Shown here: positions 37,904 to 46,711 of the stretch, one piece after another
How positions within the stretch are numbered: position 1 is the first letter of the stretch
Layout: each line of letters begins with the position of its first letter
From: a bacterium
GTDB taxonomy: Bacteria > Patescibacteriota > Minisyncoccia > Phycocordibacterales > UBA9973
Assembly: GCA_021824345.1 (NCBI GenBank)
Contig: JAKAKW010000002.1
Coordinates: 22,552-86,551 of the forward strand
Direction: 5' to 3'
DNA length: 64,000 nucleotides
Program-made: the position numbers and the translations under genes
The notes under the pieces: model-generated
Told to the model about the DNA's origin: nothing
The model's database searches: none
The model's input: only the letters and a program-made list of their open reading frames with translations

Positions 37904-38097
37904 AGGATGCCTATATAGGCATCGTGTGTCTTTGGCACATAATTCATAATAGGGGATTTGTATCCCTTTTTTTCCGCTTTTGTTAGAGCAGAATGCAGAG
38001 TTCTGCCGGAAGCCAAAACAGTCACCTGATCGCCGGCTAAGGCGACCCATTTTCCAGGGTAATCTTTATACATTTGTGTCCAATCTATCGCTTTCAT
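37900..38097 (-). CDS. DUF5678-like small protein
   Basis: YPGKWVAL...VLASG...AL..A..KG...P. Confidence 0.78.
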   Translation of the reverse strand: MKAIDWTQMYKDYPGKWVALAGDQVTVLASGRTLHSALTKAEKKGYKSPIMNYVPKTHDAYIGIL

Positions 38098-38168
38098 TTC
38101 CGGATTATATGTTCATTTGACGCTTGCTTGCAACGCTTAATCCGTGCTCTGGTTATGTAAAAGAAGAA

Positions 38169-38203
38169 GCCGGACTGGCGAGGTCAGACCTCGCCAGTCC
38201 GGC
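38169..38203. terminator. Perfect GC-rich hairpin at the end of the ECF/ABC operon
   Basis: GCCGGACTGGCGAGGTC-A-GACCTCGCCAGTCCGGC followed on the - strand by TTCTTCTTTT. Confidence 0.65.
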
Positions 38204-38221
38204 ATACGTGTCTTTTTCTTT

Positions 38222-38698
38222 TTACTGCTGCCCTTGGGGATTTCCGGGCGGTACCGCCGGACGAATCTGAATGGAATTGGCGCTGACACTGCCGTCGGAG
38301 TTGGTTGAACCGAGCACATTCACTTCTTCGCCGACCGAAAGGTCGCTTGCGGCCGCCGCGGCTGTCTTCATCACCTGCGTACTTCCGTTATAGAAGATTA
38401 TTTTTGATCCTCCGTCGCGAGTTTTGATGGTGATGCTCTCTGCATCCTTGGCTATGATAGTTCCCGCATCCATTCCTCCTGCTCCTCTGCTGACAAAAGT
38501 TCCGCTCCCGCTTCCGGCGAACCTTCCGGCGAAGTTTCCTCCGCTAAAATTCCCGGTGCGAGTTCCGTTTTGGGTAAATGTCGGTCCGGAAGTTCCGGCC
38601 TGTCCTTTTCCGACCATCATCCCCGCGTAAAACGCGAGCGCCAAAACGATAATTCCGACCGCAATGTAAACCACTTTCTTATTATTTGTATTTTGCAT
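38222..38698 (-). CDS. Membrane-anchored DUF5666-like OB-fold protein
   Basis: TM, Gly-rich linker, G.I..KD..SITIK..DGGSKII...DL.VG..V.V.G..N.DGSV.A..IQ. Confidence 0.72.
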   Translation of the reverse strand: MQNTNNKKVVYIAVGIIVLALAFYAGMMVGKGQAGTSGPTFTQNGTRTGNFSGGNFAGRFAGSGSGTFVSRGAGGMDAGTIIAKDAESITIKTRDGGSKIIFYNGSTQVMKTAAAAASDLSVGEEVNVLGSTNSDGSVSANSIQIRPAVPPGNPQGQQ

Positions 38699-38794
38699 GA
38701 CTTTTTTGATTAATTAATAATGCTTTGCAAGAAAACAATATATGCATCGCGAATCATTGCGCGATGAGCGGGGCATATATTGTTTTCTTGCTTG

Positions 38795-40018
38795 CTATTC
38801 ATAACGTAACGCATCTATCGGGCTCATTTCCGCCGCTTTCTTGGCAGGGTAGTAGCCGAAAACTATGCCGATGGCCGCCGAAACCCCGAAAGCGAGCAAC
38901 ACCGAATCAAGAGAAACGCTGGTATCCAAAACTCCGAGCTTGGTAATGGCAAAAGACCCGAGCCATCCGAGCGCCACCCCTATCAATCCGCCCAAGAAAG
39001 TAAGCATTACCGCTTCAGTCAGAAATTGCCTGTTTATATCCTTCTTCTTTGCTCCAATCGCCTTGCGCAGGCCGATCTCCCGGGTGCGTTCGGTGACGGT
39101 GGTGAGCATCATGTTCATAATGCCGATGCCGCCGACCAAAAGGGAAATGCCGGCAACGGCCGCCAAAAGGGTGGTGAATGTTCCGGTTACGGAAGAGGCG
39201 GTGGCGATTATGTCAGACTGATTCAAAGTATTGAAGTCGGCGCTGGCCGGGTTGGAAATATGGTGCCTCTCCAACAGCAGGGAAGTTATATCATTCTGCA
39301 CCTGGGTGGTATTTTGCGCGTCGTTCGCCGATACGTTAATGGTATTCACATACTTGTTGCCTGATAAAAGCAATTGCGCGGTAGAAATGGGAACGTAAAT
39401 CACGTCGTCCGCATTTGAAAATCCCGATCCTCCTTTTGATACCGTAACTCCTATTACCCTGAAAGGCTGTCCTTTGATGCGAATTTGCTGGCCCACCGCT
39501 TCTGACCCTGTTCCAAAAAGATCGTCGCTGGTGGTGGGTCCGAGCACCGCCACTCTGGCATTCCCGGCCACGTCTTGATCGCTGATGAAAGAGCCATCCG
39601 CCACTTCTACGTTTCGGACAGTGGTATAGGAACTGGTTACTCCGTCCACGGAGGTGTTGGTATTGGTGCCCGGGGCGGTAACCTGATATCTGCCGGACAC
39701 TTGCGGAGCGACCGCCTCTATATTCGTCACATTGGCCGCGATAGCATTTGCATCGTCTATGGTAAGCGACTGCGCCGAACCTCGGCCGGCCGATACCTGG
39801 AAGCCTGGCCCGCGTTCCGTTCCGGGCATCACGATGATCAGGTTTGAACCGATCGATTGAATGCTTGCTTGGATGGAGTTTTGGGCGCCCTGCCCGATAG
39901 CGGTCATGGCGATAACCGAAGCGATGCCGATAATTATGCCGAGCATGGTAAGCCCCGAACGGACTTTGTTGCCCGACAGCGCCGCATACGTTTGTTGCAA
40001 GAGGTCGTAAGTTTTCAT
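38795..40018 (-). CDS. MacB/YknZ-type ABC transporter permease
   Basis: NKVRSGLTMLGIIIG, GGIGIMNMML..VTERTREIGLRKAIGA, PIDALRYE. Confidence 0.93.
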   Translation of the reverse strand: MKTYDLLQQTYAALSGNKVRSGLTMLGIIIGIASVIAMTAIGQGAQNSIQASIQSIGSNLIIVMPGTERGPGFQVSAGRGSAQSLTIDDANAIAANVTNIEAVAPQVSGRYQVTAPGTNTNTSVDGVTSSYTTVRNVEVADGSFISDQDVAGNARVAVLGPTTSDDLFGTGSEAVGQQIRIKGQPFRVIGVTVSKGGSGFSNADDVIYVPISTAQLLLSGNKYVNTINVSANDAQNTTQVQNDITSLLLERHHISNPASADFNTLNQSDIIATASSVTGTFTTLLAAVAGISLLVGGIGIMNMMLTTVTERTREIGLRKAIGAKKKDINRQFLTEAVMLTFLGGLIGVALGWLGSFAITKLGVLDTSVSLDSVLLAFGVSAAIGIVFGYYPAKKAAEMSPIDALRYE

Positions 40019-40839
40019 TTTTTTGCGGGAAGCGTGGGAAGCCTTGCTTCCCCCTTATTATTTTTGTGGTCTGGCAGGACACGTATTTTAGAGGGGGAAG
40101 CAAGGCTTCCCACCGTTCCCGCCGTTTCTTCCTCCGCATTATGATTGGCCACTCTTTTTACATGCGTTCCGCGCTCTTCCAATAATCCATCCTTTATAAA
40201 AAGAATTCTGTCGGCGTGTTCCGCTATGTCCTGTTCGTGGGTTATGAGTACCACTGTCCTTCCAAGTTCGGTGTTTAATTTTTGAAAAGTGCCCAACACT
40301 ATTTCGCTTGTTTTTGAATCCAAGTTTCCCGTCGGTTCGTCCGCCAGAATAAGGGATGGTTGATTTACCAAGGCCCGGGCGATGGCCACGCGTTGAATCT
40401 GTCCTCCGGAAAGCTGGTTTGAAAGGTGCGTAAAGTATTCTTTATCCAATCCGGCGGAGGCGAGCGCTTTTTCAGCTCTTTTTTCCCGCTCTTCAGCATT
40501 TATGCCGTCATATACCAAGGGCAGCATCACGTTTGCCATAACCGTAGTGCGGGGAAGGAGGTTGAATGCCTGGAATACGAATCCGATTTTATTCTTTCGA
40601 ATGTCCGCCAGTTCATCATCGGAAAGAGTGGAAACATCTTTTCCGTCCAAAAGATATTTCCCATTGGTCGGAGTGTCCAGGCATCCGAGAATGTGCATAA
40701 GGGTGGATTTTCCGCTGCCCGACGGCCCCATGATGGCCACAAACTCGCCGTCTTTTATCGTGAAAGACACTCCTCGGAGCGCTGAGAATTCCACGTCTTC
40801 CGTCTTGTATACTTTTGTAATGTTTTGTACTTCTATCAT
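40015..40839 (-). CDS. ABC transporter ATP-binding protein (LolD/MacB type), C-terminus extended by a palindromic element
   Basis: GPSGSGKST, LSGGQ.QRVAIARAL, ADEPTGNLD, ITHE. Confidence 0.94.
   Translation of the reverse strand: MIEVQNITKVYKTEDVEFSALRGVSFTIKDGEFVAIMGPSGSGKSTLMHILGCLDTPTNGKYLLDGKDVSTLSDDELADIRKNKIGFVFQAFNLLPRTTVMANVMLPLVYDGINAEEREKRAEKALASAGLDKEYFTHLSNQLSGGQIQRVAIARALVNQPSLILADEPTGNLDSKTSEIVLGTFQKLNTELGRTVVLITHEQDIAEHADRILFIKDGLLEERGTHVKRVANHNAEEETAGTVGSLASPSKIRVLPDHKNNKGEARLPTLPAKK
40025..40122. repeat. Composite palindromic element translated as the ATPase C-terminal tail
   Basis: GCGGGAA.CGTGGGAAGCCTTGCTTCCCCC...GGGGGAAGCAAGGCTTCCCAC.GTTCCCGC. Confidence 0.8.
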
Positions 40840-42473
40840 CTTCCCAATCTTGTCGCTCCTCCTCTTGCGGCATTAAGTATGCTTGGCGCGGAAGCGGAGC
40901 TGGTACTGCTTCCGGAAATTGTTTTGGTTACGATTTTGTCTCCCTCTTTCAGTCCGGATATGATTTCAGTGGAAGTGCTGTCGGAAATTCCGGTTTGCAC
41001 CGACACATCTTTCGGCGGAATCGCGGAAGGAGATCCTTGCTGGCCGAGAGCCGGATCGGGCAGAGCTGAGTCAAACATCTCCACATAGCTTGCGCCATTT
41101 GACGTTTTTACCGCTCCGTTCGGTACGGTGAGAACGTCTTGTTTTACAGCCGTGATTATGGCGGCATTCACAGTCATGCCCGGTTTTACCCGCTGGTCTT
41201 CCGTATCAAAAGAAATTTTTACGTCATAGCTCACCACTCCCTGAGAAACGGTGCCGATTGTGTCTATTTCCGCCACTTTTCCGGCCACGGTCAGATCCGG
41301 TAGCGCGTCGAAAGTCAGAGTTGCTTTTTGCCCGAGCTGTATCTTTGCGGCGTCCACTTCGTTTAGGGAAATAACCGCTGTCTTATCGGCAGTGATGATG
41401 GTGCCTATGGCAGTTCCGGTGCTGGCGTTATCTCCGACCTTTCCGTCTACCGCGGCCATTATTCCGCTGAAGGGCGCCGTGACATAATAATCCGCCAAAT
41501 TGCTCTTTGCGTCATCCAGGGCGTTCTGCGCTTTTTGTACCGAAAGCTGGCTGGACTGGATGTCCAAACCGGCGGTTGACTGCGAATCCCTCGCCGATTG
41601 GATGCTCGCCTGATCCGCAAGCAGGCTGGTTATGTCGGAGTTCACGGTATCGGCATAACCGGAGAGCGAACTCTGGGTGGAAGTATAGTTGCTGGCGCGG
41701 TTGGTGCTAATGGACAGATAATCCGCCAAGTCGCGGGTGCTTTTCACGGCATTAAAGAGCAGTTTTGAGGCGGACAGGGTTTCTTGCAGCATTTTGTCTA
41801 TCTCCGCATTGGAAGAACTGCTGTTGATGTTCGCATAGTTCAGCGTGGCCTGATCGAAGGCGCTGTTCGCCTTGTAGTATGCATCTTCCGCCGCCGTGCG
41901 ATAGCCGGCGCCGGTGTTTCCGCCGTTTGACCTCGCCGTATCCAAAGACATTGTTTTTTCCGCCAAGACACTTTGAACGTCATCTACAATAGAGGGTTCG
42001 TCCTGGAACGCCGAAGCGATGCCGCTTAATGCCGCGGTATACGCTTTTTCCAAACCCTGGTTCAAGTTCTGGCTGGAATTCTGGAGTTCCAGCTGTTGCA
42101 GGGACAATTTTGCGCTGTCCAAGCTCACTTGCGCGTCTCGCACTGTTTTTTCCGCGTCCGTGGTATCTATGGAAAAAAGAGTCTGCCCCTCCCGCACACT
42201 GTCTCCCGGATTTACTCCGACATAGGTTATGGTTCCGGATACTTTCGGCTTAATGTCGATTTGGTTTTCCGCAGACACTTGGCCGGATCCTTCCACGGAG
42301 GATACGATAGTTCCGCGGCTTACCGTGCCGAGCGCATATAATGTTTCTCCCGCCGTGCTGGTGGCATTTTTATATATCGCGTATCCGGCATATATGACGG
42401 CGATTGCCGCAACAATGCTTATGATCTTGTGCGCCCAAACAAACAGCTTTATTTTTTGAAAAAATTTAATCAT
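40836..42473 (-). CDS. Efflux periplasmic adaptor (MFP, MacA/YknX-like)
   Basis: N-terminal TM, SG.V, lipoyl-like G..V..GQ.L, long helical hairpin, APFSG, KPGMT, VPN.AV, GL.EGD. Confidence 0.9.
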   Translation of the reverse strand: MIKFFQKIKLFVWAHKIISIVAAIAVIYAGYAIYKNATSTAGETLYALGTVSRGTIVSSVEGSGQVSAENQIDIKPKVSGTITYVGVNPGDSVREGQTLFSIDTTDAEKTVRDAQVSLDSAKLSLQQLELQNSSQNLNQGLEKAYTAALSGIASAFQDEPSIVDDVQSVLAEKTMSLDTARSNGGNTGAGYRTAAEDAYYKANSAFDQATLNYANINSSSSNAEIDKMLQETLSASKLLFNAVKSTRDLADYLSISTNRASNYTSTQSSLSGYADTVNSDITSLLADQASIQSARDSQSTAGLDIQSSQLSVQKAQNALDDAKSNLADYYVTAPFSGIMAAVDGKVGDNASTGTAIGTIITADKTAVISLNEVDAAKIQLGQKATLTFDALPDLTVAGKVAEIDTIGTVSQGVVSYDVKISFDTEDQRVKPGMTVNAAIITAVKQDVLTVPNGAVKTSNGASYVEMFDSALPDPALGQQGSPSAIPPKDVSVQTGISDSTSTEIISGLKEGDKIVTKTISGSSTSSASAPSILNAARGGATRLGR

Positions 42474-42485
42474 GGCTGTGCGTTT

Positions 42486-43004
42486 CTAGTTGCCGGACGG
42501 AGTTGTTCCGGAACTGTTGTTAAAGATCAGGTTCGGGTCGGGCATTACCCGGATCAAACTGGCCGCAATTTGCCCGTTTTGGTTTGGATTTCCGATAACC
42601 ACAACGAAATCGCCCGTTTTAAGATTTGAGGAGCTTATATTTTCCCTTCGTTCCCGTATATCCGTTCCGTTTCCGATCAAAACGGTTTTCTCGGTATTGT
42701 CTTTATCCTCCACAATAATGACAGGCAAGGACACTTTGACTATTTTCCCGGTTGCGCCGTAAGCATTCGGCAGGTTTCCGCTTTCCGGTCCGAAACCCGG
42801 GAAAAGGCGCCCTCGCTGCATAGCTCCGAAATTTCTTTCATAATTTCTCTGCCAGGCGTCTCCGAAGGAAGCTCGGCGGAAGCCCAGGTTCATGCCCGCG
42901 GCAAACACGACCAGGAGCACCAGTAATGCGCCGATGCCGATCAAAACGCCGACAACGATTTTCGATTCAAACACTTTTTTTATTTCTTCGCTTATTTTTT
43001 TCAT
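42486..43004 (-). CDS. Membrane-anchored hypothetical protein (DUF5666-like)
   Basis: TM then GKIVKV...LKTGDFVVVIG.PN.NGQI.A.LIRV. Confidence 0.7.
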   Translation of the reverse strand: MKKISEEIKKVFESKIVVGVLIGIGALLVLLVVFAAGMNLGFRRASFGDAWQRNYERNFGAMQRGRLFPGFGPESGNLPNAYGATGKIVKVSLPVIIVEDKDNTEKTVLIGNGTDIRERRENISSSNLKTGDFVVVIGNPNQNGQIAASLIRVMPDPNLIFNNSSGTTPSGN

Positions 43005-43038
43005 CTTTTTTGACGAGGCATGCCCCCGCCGGTGATTT

Positions 43039-43440
43039 TTAAAATGATAATGCCGCCCCTTCTATATGTTTGCCCGCCTGTCTGGCCGACAGGAAGAATA
43101 TAAAAAGCAGAGACAGGGAAAACGCCATGCTTACGACCGGCATGGATTCAAGAAGAGACATTGAGAATTCGTTGAAATGGGAAAGCACTGTCTGCCCGTT
43201 TGAAAAGGCAAGGGATAGGTATTCATAGAAGCCGGAACCGGACATGGTTTTGAGAGTGGCGCCGATGGCCGGAACAGCCGCCACAAAGGAAGCCAGGCCC
43301 AATCCGGAAAGCAACCATAATTTCCGCCGAGCGGTTCTTTTTTCCCGCACTTTAATTGCGAGCCATATCCCGCCGGACAGGTCCTCTTCCGGCTCATATT
43401 TGGCTTCCGCCATAAGTTTTCTGAATTTTTCTTCCCTCAT
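43039..43440 (-). CDS. Putative anti-sigma membrane protein
   Basis: Directly downstream of the ECF sigma; short cytoplasmic N-terminus and two TM helices. Confidence 0.6.
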   Translation of the reverse strand: MREEKFRKLMAEAKYEPEEDLSGGIWLAIKVREKRTARRKLWLLSGLGLASFVAAVPAIGATLKTMSGSGFYEYLSLAFSNGQTVLSHFNEFSMSLLESMPVVSMAFSLSLLFIFFLSARQAGKHIEGAALSF

Positions 43441-43540
43441 ATATTACATATATACGGGAAAGATCTTCATTTTGGTGCATTGGAGTAAAAAAGTAGAAGG
43501 GCGGAGGGTAACCCTCCGCCCTTCTACGCCCATCGGCTTG

Positions 43541-44083
43541 TTAAAGCATTTTGCGCAGGGATATGAGCGCCCGCCTATGCGAGCTTTTTACCGTATTCAG
43601 CGGCATTTTCATTACTTCTCCGATTTCTTTGAAAGTCATTTCTTCCTGATAATAGAGAACAAGTATTGCCTTGTAGTTTTCGGGAAGTTTTTCCAGGACC
43701 TGTTCCAGCAGCTTTTTGTCTTCAATTTTTGCCAAGGCTTCATCCGGCAAGAGCTCTTCGTCGGGAAGGTCCGCAAACGGCTCTTCATCCGTTCCAAGGT
43801 CTGAAAAGGACGGTATTTTCTTTCTTCGCAAATAGTCCGTAGCGGTATTTCTGGCGATGGCGAAAAGCCAGGTCTTAAAACATGCCTTTTTAGGATTAAA
43901 TTTTTTCAAGTGTTTCCACGCCTTCAAAAACGTGTCTTGAGTCAGATCTGAAGCATTTTCCCTGCCAGCCAAGCGGGCGCAAACATTAAAAACGGGCGAA
44001 GCATATTTTTCCACCAATTCCCGGAAATAGTCGTCGTTTCCGTTCCGGCATTCCAGAACTTTTTCTTCGTCTGACTTTTCCAT
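43541..44083 (-). CDS. ECF RNA polymerase sigma factor (SigW-like)
   Basis: DLTQDTFLKAW, FKTWLFAIARN...DYLR, LP..Y..IL.L.Y..EMTFKEI...PLNTVKS..RA. Confidence 0.93.
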   Translation of the reverse strand: MEKSDEEKVLECRNGNDDYFRELVEKYASPVFNVCARLAGRENASDLTQDTFLKAWKHLKKFNPKKACFKTWLFAIARNTATDYLRRKKIPSFSDLGTDEEPFADLPDEELLPDEALAKIEDKKLLEQVLEKLPENYKAILVLYYQEEMTFKEIGEVMKMPLNTVKSSHRRALISLRKML

Positions 44084-44170
44084 GAGGGTAACAATACCAC
44101 GCCGTCAATGCCGCAGGGCATTTTATTAGAACGCAAATTGGTCACAACTCTCGCCCTTGCAGCAGCTCGG

Positions 44171-44365
44171 GCTCGGTCGCACCATTTGCTTCGCAAATGG
44201 TGCTCCCGGCAGGAATCTCCCCCTACGGGGGCGGGTGCTTTTCCATTCGCTGGCGGTTTACCGCCAGCTCATAAGGAAAAGCCTTTCGATTCCCGCACGC
44301 GGGCAAAGCAGTTTGCCCGCTCGGTCGCACCATTTGCTTCGCAAATGGTGCTCCCGGCAGGAATC
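44171..44365. repeat. 47-bp direct repeat (44171-44217, 44319-44365) duplicating the tRNA-Arg 3' end and its trailer
   Basis: GCTCGGTCGCACCATTTGCTTCGCAAATGGTGCTCCCGGCAGGAATC twice, 148 bp apart. Confidence 0.9.
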
Positions 44366-44420
44366 GAACCTGCATCACAACTTCCGCAAAGTTGCATTCT
44401 ATCCATTGAACTACGGGAGC
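44346..44420 (-). tRNA. tRNA-Arg(GCG)
   Basis: GCTCCCG-TAGTTCAATGGATAGAAT-G-CAACT TTGCGGA AGTTG-TGAT-GCAGG TTCGATT CCTGC-CGGGAGC-A-CCA. Confidence 0.92.
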
Positions 44421-44513
44421 GTTCAAGCGTTTTAAGCGCTTGCCTGCCTGCCGGCAGGCTAATTTAAGTTAGCAGTTTTCCGGAGAAAAATCCACTGTAA
44501 TTTTCGTTGGAAG

Positions 44514-45026
44514 CTAGAATCCCAAAAATTCCATCACCGCGTCCGAGAAATGCTCTTTCATCTTTTCCTCCTCCACGTCGTGGTTTCTGAAAATATTCCG
44601 GATATTGTCCGCCAATTCTTCTTCTATCGGAACGGAAAGTATGGGCATCAGCCACCCTTCGGATTTTATGAACAAAGTCGGCCGTATTTCCTCTTCCGGC
44701 AGGCTTCCATGCAGTTCCCGCTCTTCGTCGGTCGGATTTTTTTGCACCCAGAAAGATTTGATTTTTTCGTAAGGGTAGATGCGGTTCTTGATTTTAAAAC
44801 CCATTCGGTTCAGTTCGTAGGTAATGTTCTCCGGTTCCTTTACGGAAAAGAAAGCCATGAGCACTCCGCTTACCACAAGAAGAAGGGCGAAAAAGAAGTT
44901 TCCAAAAAGAATTGAGGCAATCGCTCCCGCCACCACCACTATTCCCAACGCCCAAAACCAGTCCGGAGTTTTTTCTTTCAATTCATATTCCAGAGCCGAC
45001 CATTGCAATTTATTCGGCATGTCCAT
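44514..45026 (-). CDS. Membrane protein (DUF5673-like)
   Basis: W.ALEY..KEKT.DWFW, two TM helices, PH-like G.KI....YPY..IKSFW. Confidence 0.75.
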   Translation of the reverse strand: MDMPNKLQWSALEYELKEKTPDWFWALGIVVVAGAIASILFGNFFFALLLVVSGVLMAFFSVKEPENITYELNRMGFKIKNRIYPYEKIKSFWVQKNPTDEERELHGSLPEEEIRPTLFIKSEGWLMPILSVPIEEELADNIRNIFRNHDVEEEKMKEHFSDAVMEFLGF

Positions 45027-45126
45027 ATTATGGTAATTATAACAACAAGCGGGATGTTAAACAAATGCAAAAGGGCATTTGTTTGGAGCCTGGGCGCCGT
45101 TATTCGGCGATAATCATCATATCGTG

Positions 45127-46662
45127 ATGCAAAATTTGGAAAAGTTAAAGAAAAGCTGGAAAGAGGGGAAGTATTTGTGCGTAGGACTGGATACGGATCC
45201 GGCCAAGATTCCCGATTTTCTGGCCGGGAGCGCGAGTGACATACCCGCGGCCATGCTTGATTTCAATAAGCGAATTATAGATTCCACCCGCGATCTGGTG
45301 TGCGCCTATAAGCTTAATTCCGCTTTTTACGAAAAATACCGGCAGGGGATGAAAGTGATGAAAGACACCGTAGATTATATAAAAGAAACCGCCCCGGAAG
45401 CTTTTGTTATCGCGGATGCCAAGCGCGGAGATATCGGCAATACCAATCTCGGATATGAATATTTCATCAATGATGGAAAACCCGATTCATTGCTCGGATT
45501 TGACTCTGTTTCTGCCGGAGAATGGTCCATGGGATTTGATGCGATGACCATGCACGGGTATCTCGGCCGGGAGGCTAACGGGCCCTTCCTTTCGCACAAT
45601 GATAAGTTTTTCTTCATACTCGGCAAGACTTCCAATCCCGGATCCGGAGAATTTCAGGATCTGGAAACGGAAGGACTGCCTCTGTATCTGCGAGTGGCAA
45701 AAAACGTGAAAAAAGATTGGAACGCGAATGGAAACTGCGGGCTTGTAGTCGGTGCCCCTTACCCGGAACACCTTATGCGCGCAAGGAATATGGCTGGAGA
45801 AGGCGTCGTTTTTCTGGTGCCGGGCGTGGGAGCTCAGGGCGGGAACTTGAAAGACGTAATTCAGTGCGGAATGAATTCGCAAAACGAAGGAGTGATAGTG
45901 AATATGAGCCGGTCGGTCATTTATGCCTCAGCAGGGGAAGATTTTGCCGAAGCGGCCCGCGATCAGGCGATGAAGTTCAATAAGGAAGCGAAAGATTTCC
46001 TGAAGCTGCCCAAGCGTCTTTGGCCGGAGGAAAGAGCCGAAACATATAAAAAGCGAACCATGGAAATTTTTGAAAAAACCGGAGCTTTGATTGCCGGCGG
46101 GCATTTTGTATATCAAACCAAAACTCACGGCGACACTTATATGACCAAGGACCGCCTTCTGCAGGACCCGATAGTGATAAACGAAGTGGGAATGATGCTG
46201 GCGGATATGATCAAAGAAAAAGACATAGAAACAGTGGCCGTGCCGGCCGTGGGCGGAATCGTTCTCGGCCACGTGGTTGCCAAGTACTTAAGCTATTTCA
46301 AGGGTAAAACGGTGAACAGCGTATTTATTGAAAAGTCCGGCAAGGACGCGGGAGGGCGGGATACTTTCAAGATTACCCGCGGATACGATAAATTCCTGTC
46401 GGGCAAAAAAGTGGCGGTAGTTGAAGACACGGTAAATACCGGCTACAGCGTAAAGAGGGTCATTGATTGCGTGAAGGATGCAGGGGGAAAGGTTGAGACG
46501 CTGGCGGTAATTTTTAATCGCGGATCGGCGGGAGAAGATCTGGAAAAAGAAACAAAGATGATCAGCCTTGTAAAAATGAATTTGAAGAAATACGATCCAA
46601 ATGACTGCCCTCTATGCAAAGCGGGAGTGCCGATTAATACCGACTTCGGCCACGGGAAGTAA
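45127..46662 (+). CDS. pyrF: Bifunctional OMP decarboxylase / orotate phosphoribosyltransferase (PyrF-PyrE fusion)
   Basis: LCVGLD, YKLNSAFY, DAKRGDIGNT, TSNPGS, PGVGAQGG, SRSVIYAS; then GHF..H..Y..K and VVEDTVNTGYSV PRPP motif; start at ATG 45127. Confidence 0.9.
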   Translation: MQNLEKLKKSWKEGKYLCVGLDTDPAKIPDFLAGSASDIPAAMLDFNKRIIDSTRDLVCAYKLNSAFYEKYRQGMKVMKDTVDYIKETAPEAFVIADAKRGDIGNTNLGYEYFINDGKPDSLLGFDSVSAGEWSMGFDAMTMHGYLGREANGPFLSHNDKFFFILGKTSNPGSGEFQDLETEGLPLYLRVAKNVKKDWNANGNCGLVVGAPYPEHLMRARNMAGEGVVFLVPGVGAQGGNLKDVIQCGMNSQNEGVIVNMSRSVIYASAGEDFAEAARDQAMKFNKEAKDFLKLPKRLWPEERAETYKKRTMEIFEKTGALIAGGHFVYQTKTHGDTYMTKDRLLQDPIVINEVGMMLADMIKEKDIETVAVPAVGGIVLGHVVAKYLSYFKGKTVNSVFIEKSGKDAGGRDTFKITRGYDKFLSGKKVAVVEDTVNTGYSVKRVIDCVKDAGGKVETLAVIFNRGSAGEDLEKETKMISLVKMNLKKYDPNDCPLCKAGVPINTDFGHGK

Positions 46663-46711
46663 CGTTGAAGAAAGCGGAAGCCCTGTCTCCCGCTTTCTTT
46701 CACTTTCCACG

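Noticed and set aside
43942-44467. ORFs of 67-119 aa around tRNA-Arg
   Set aside because: They are translations of the tRNA and its duplicated 3' end
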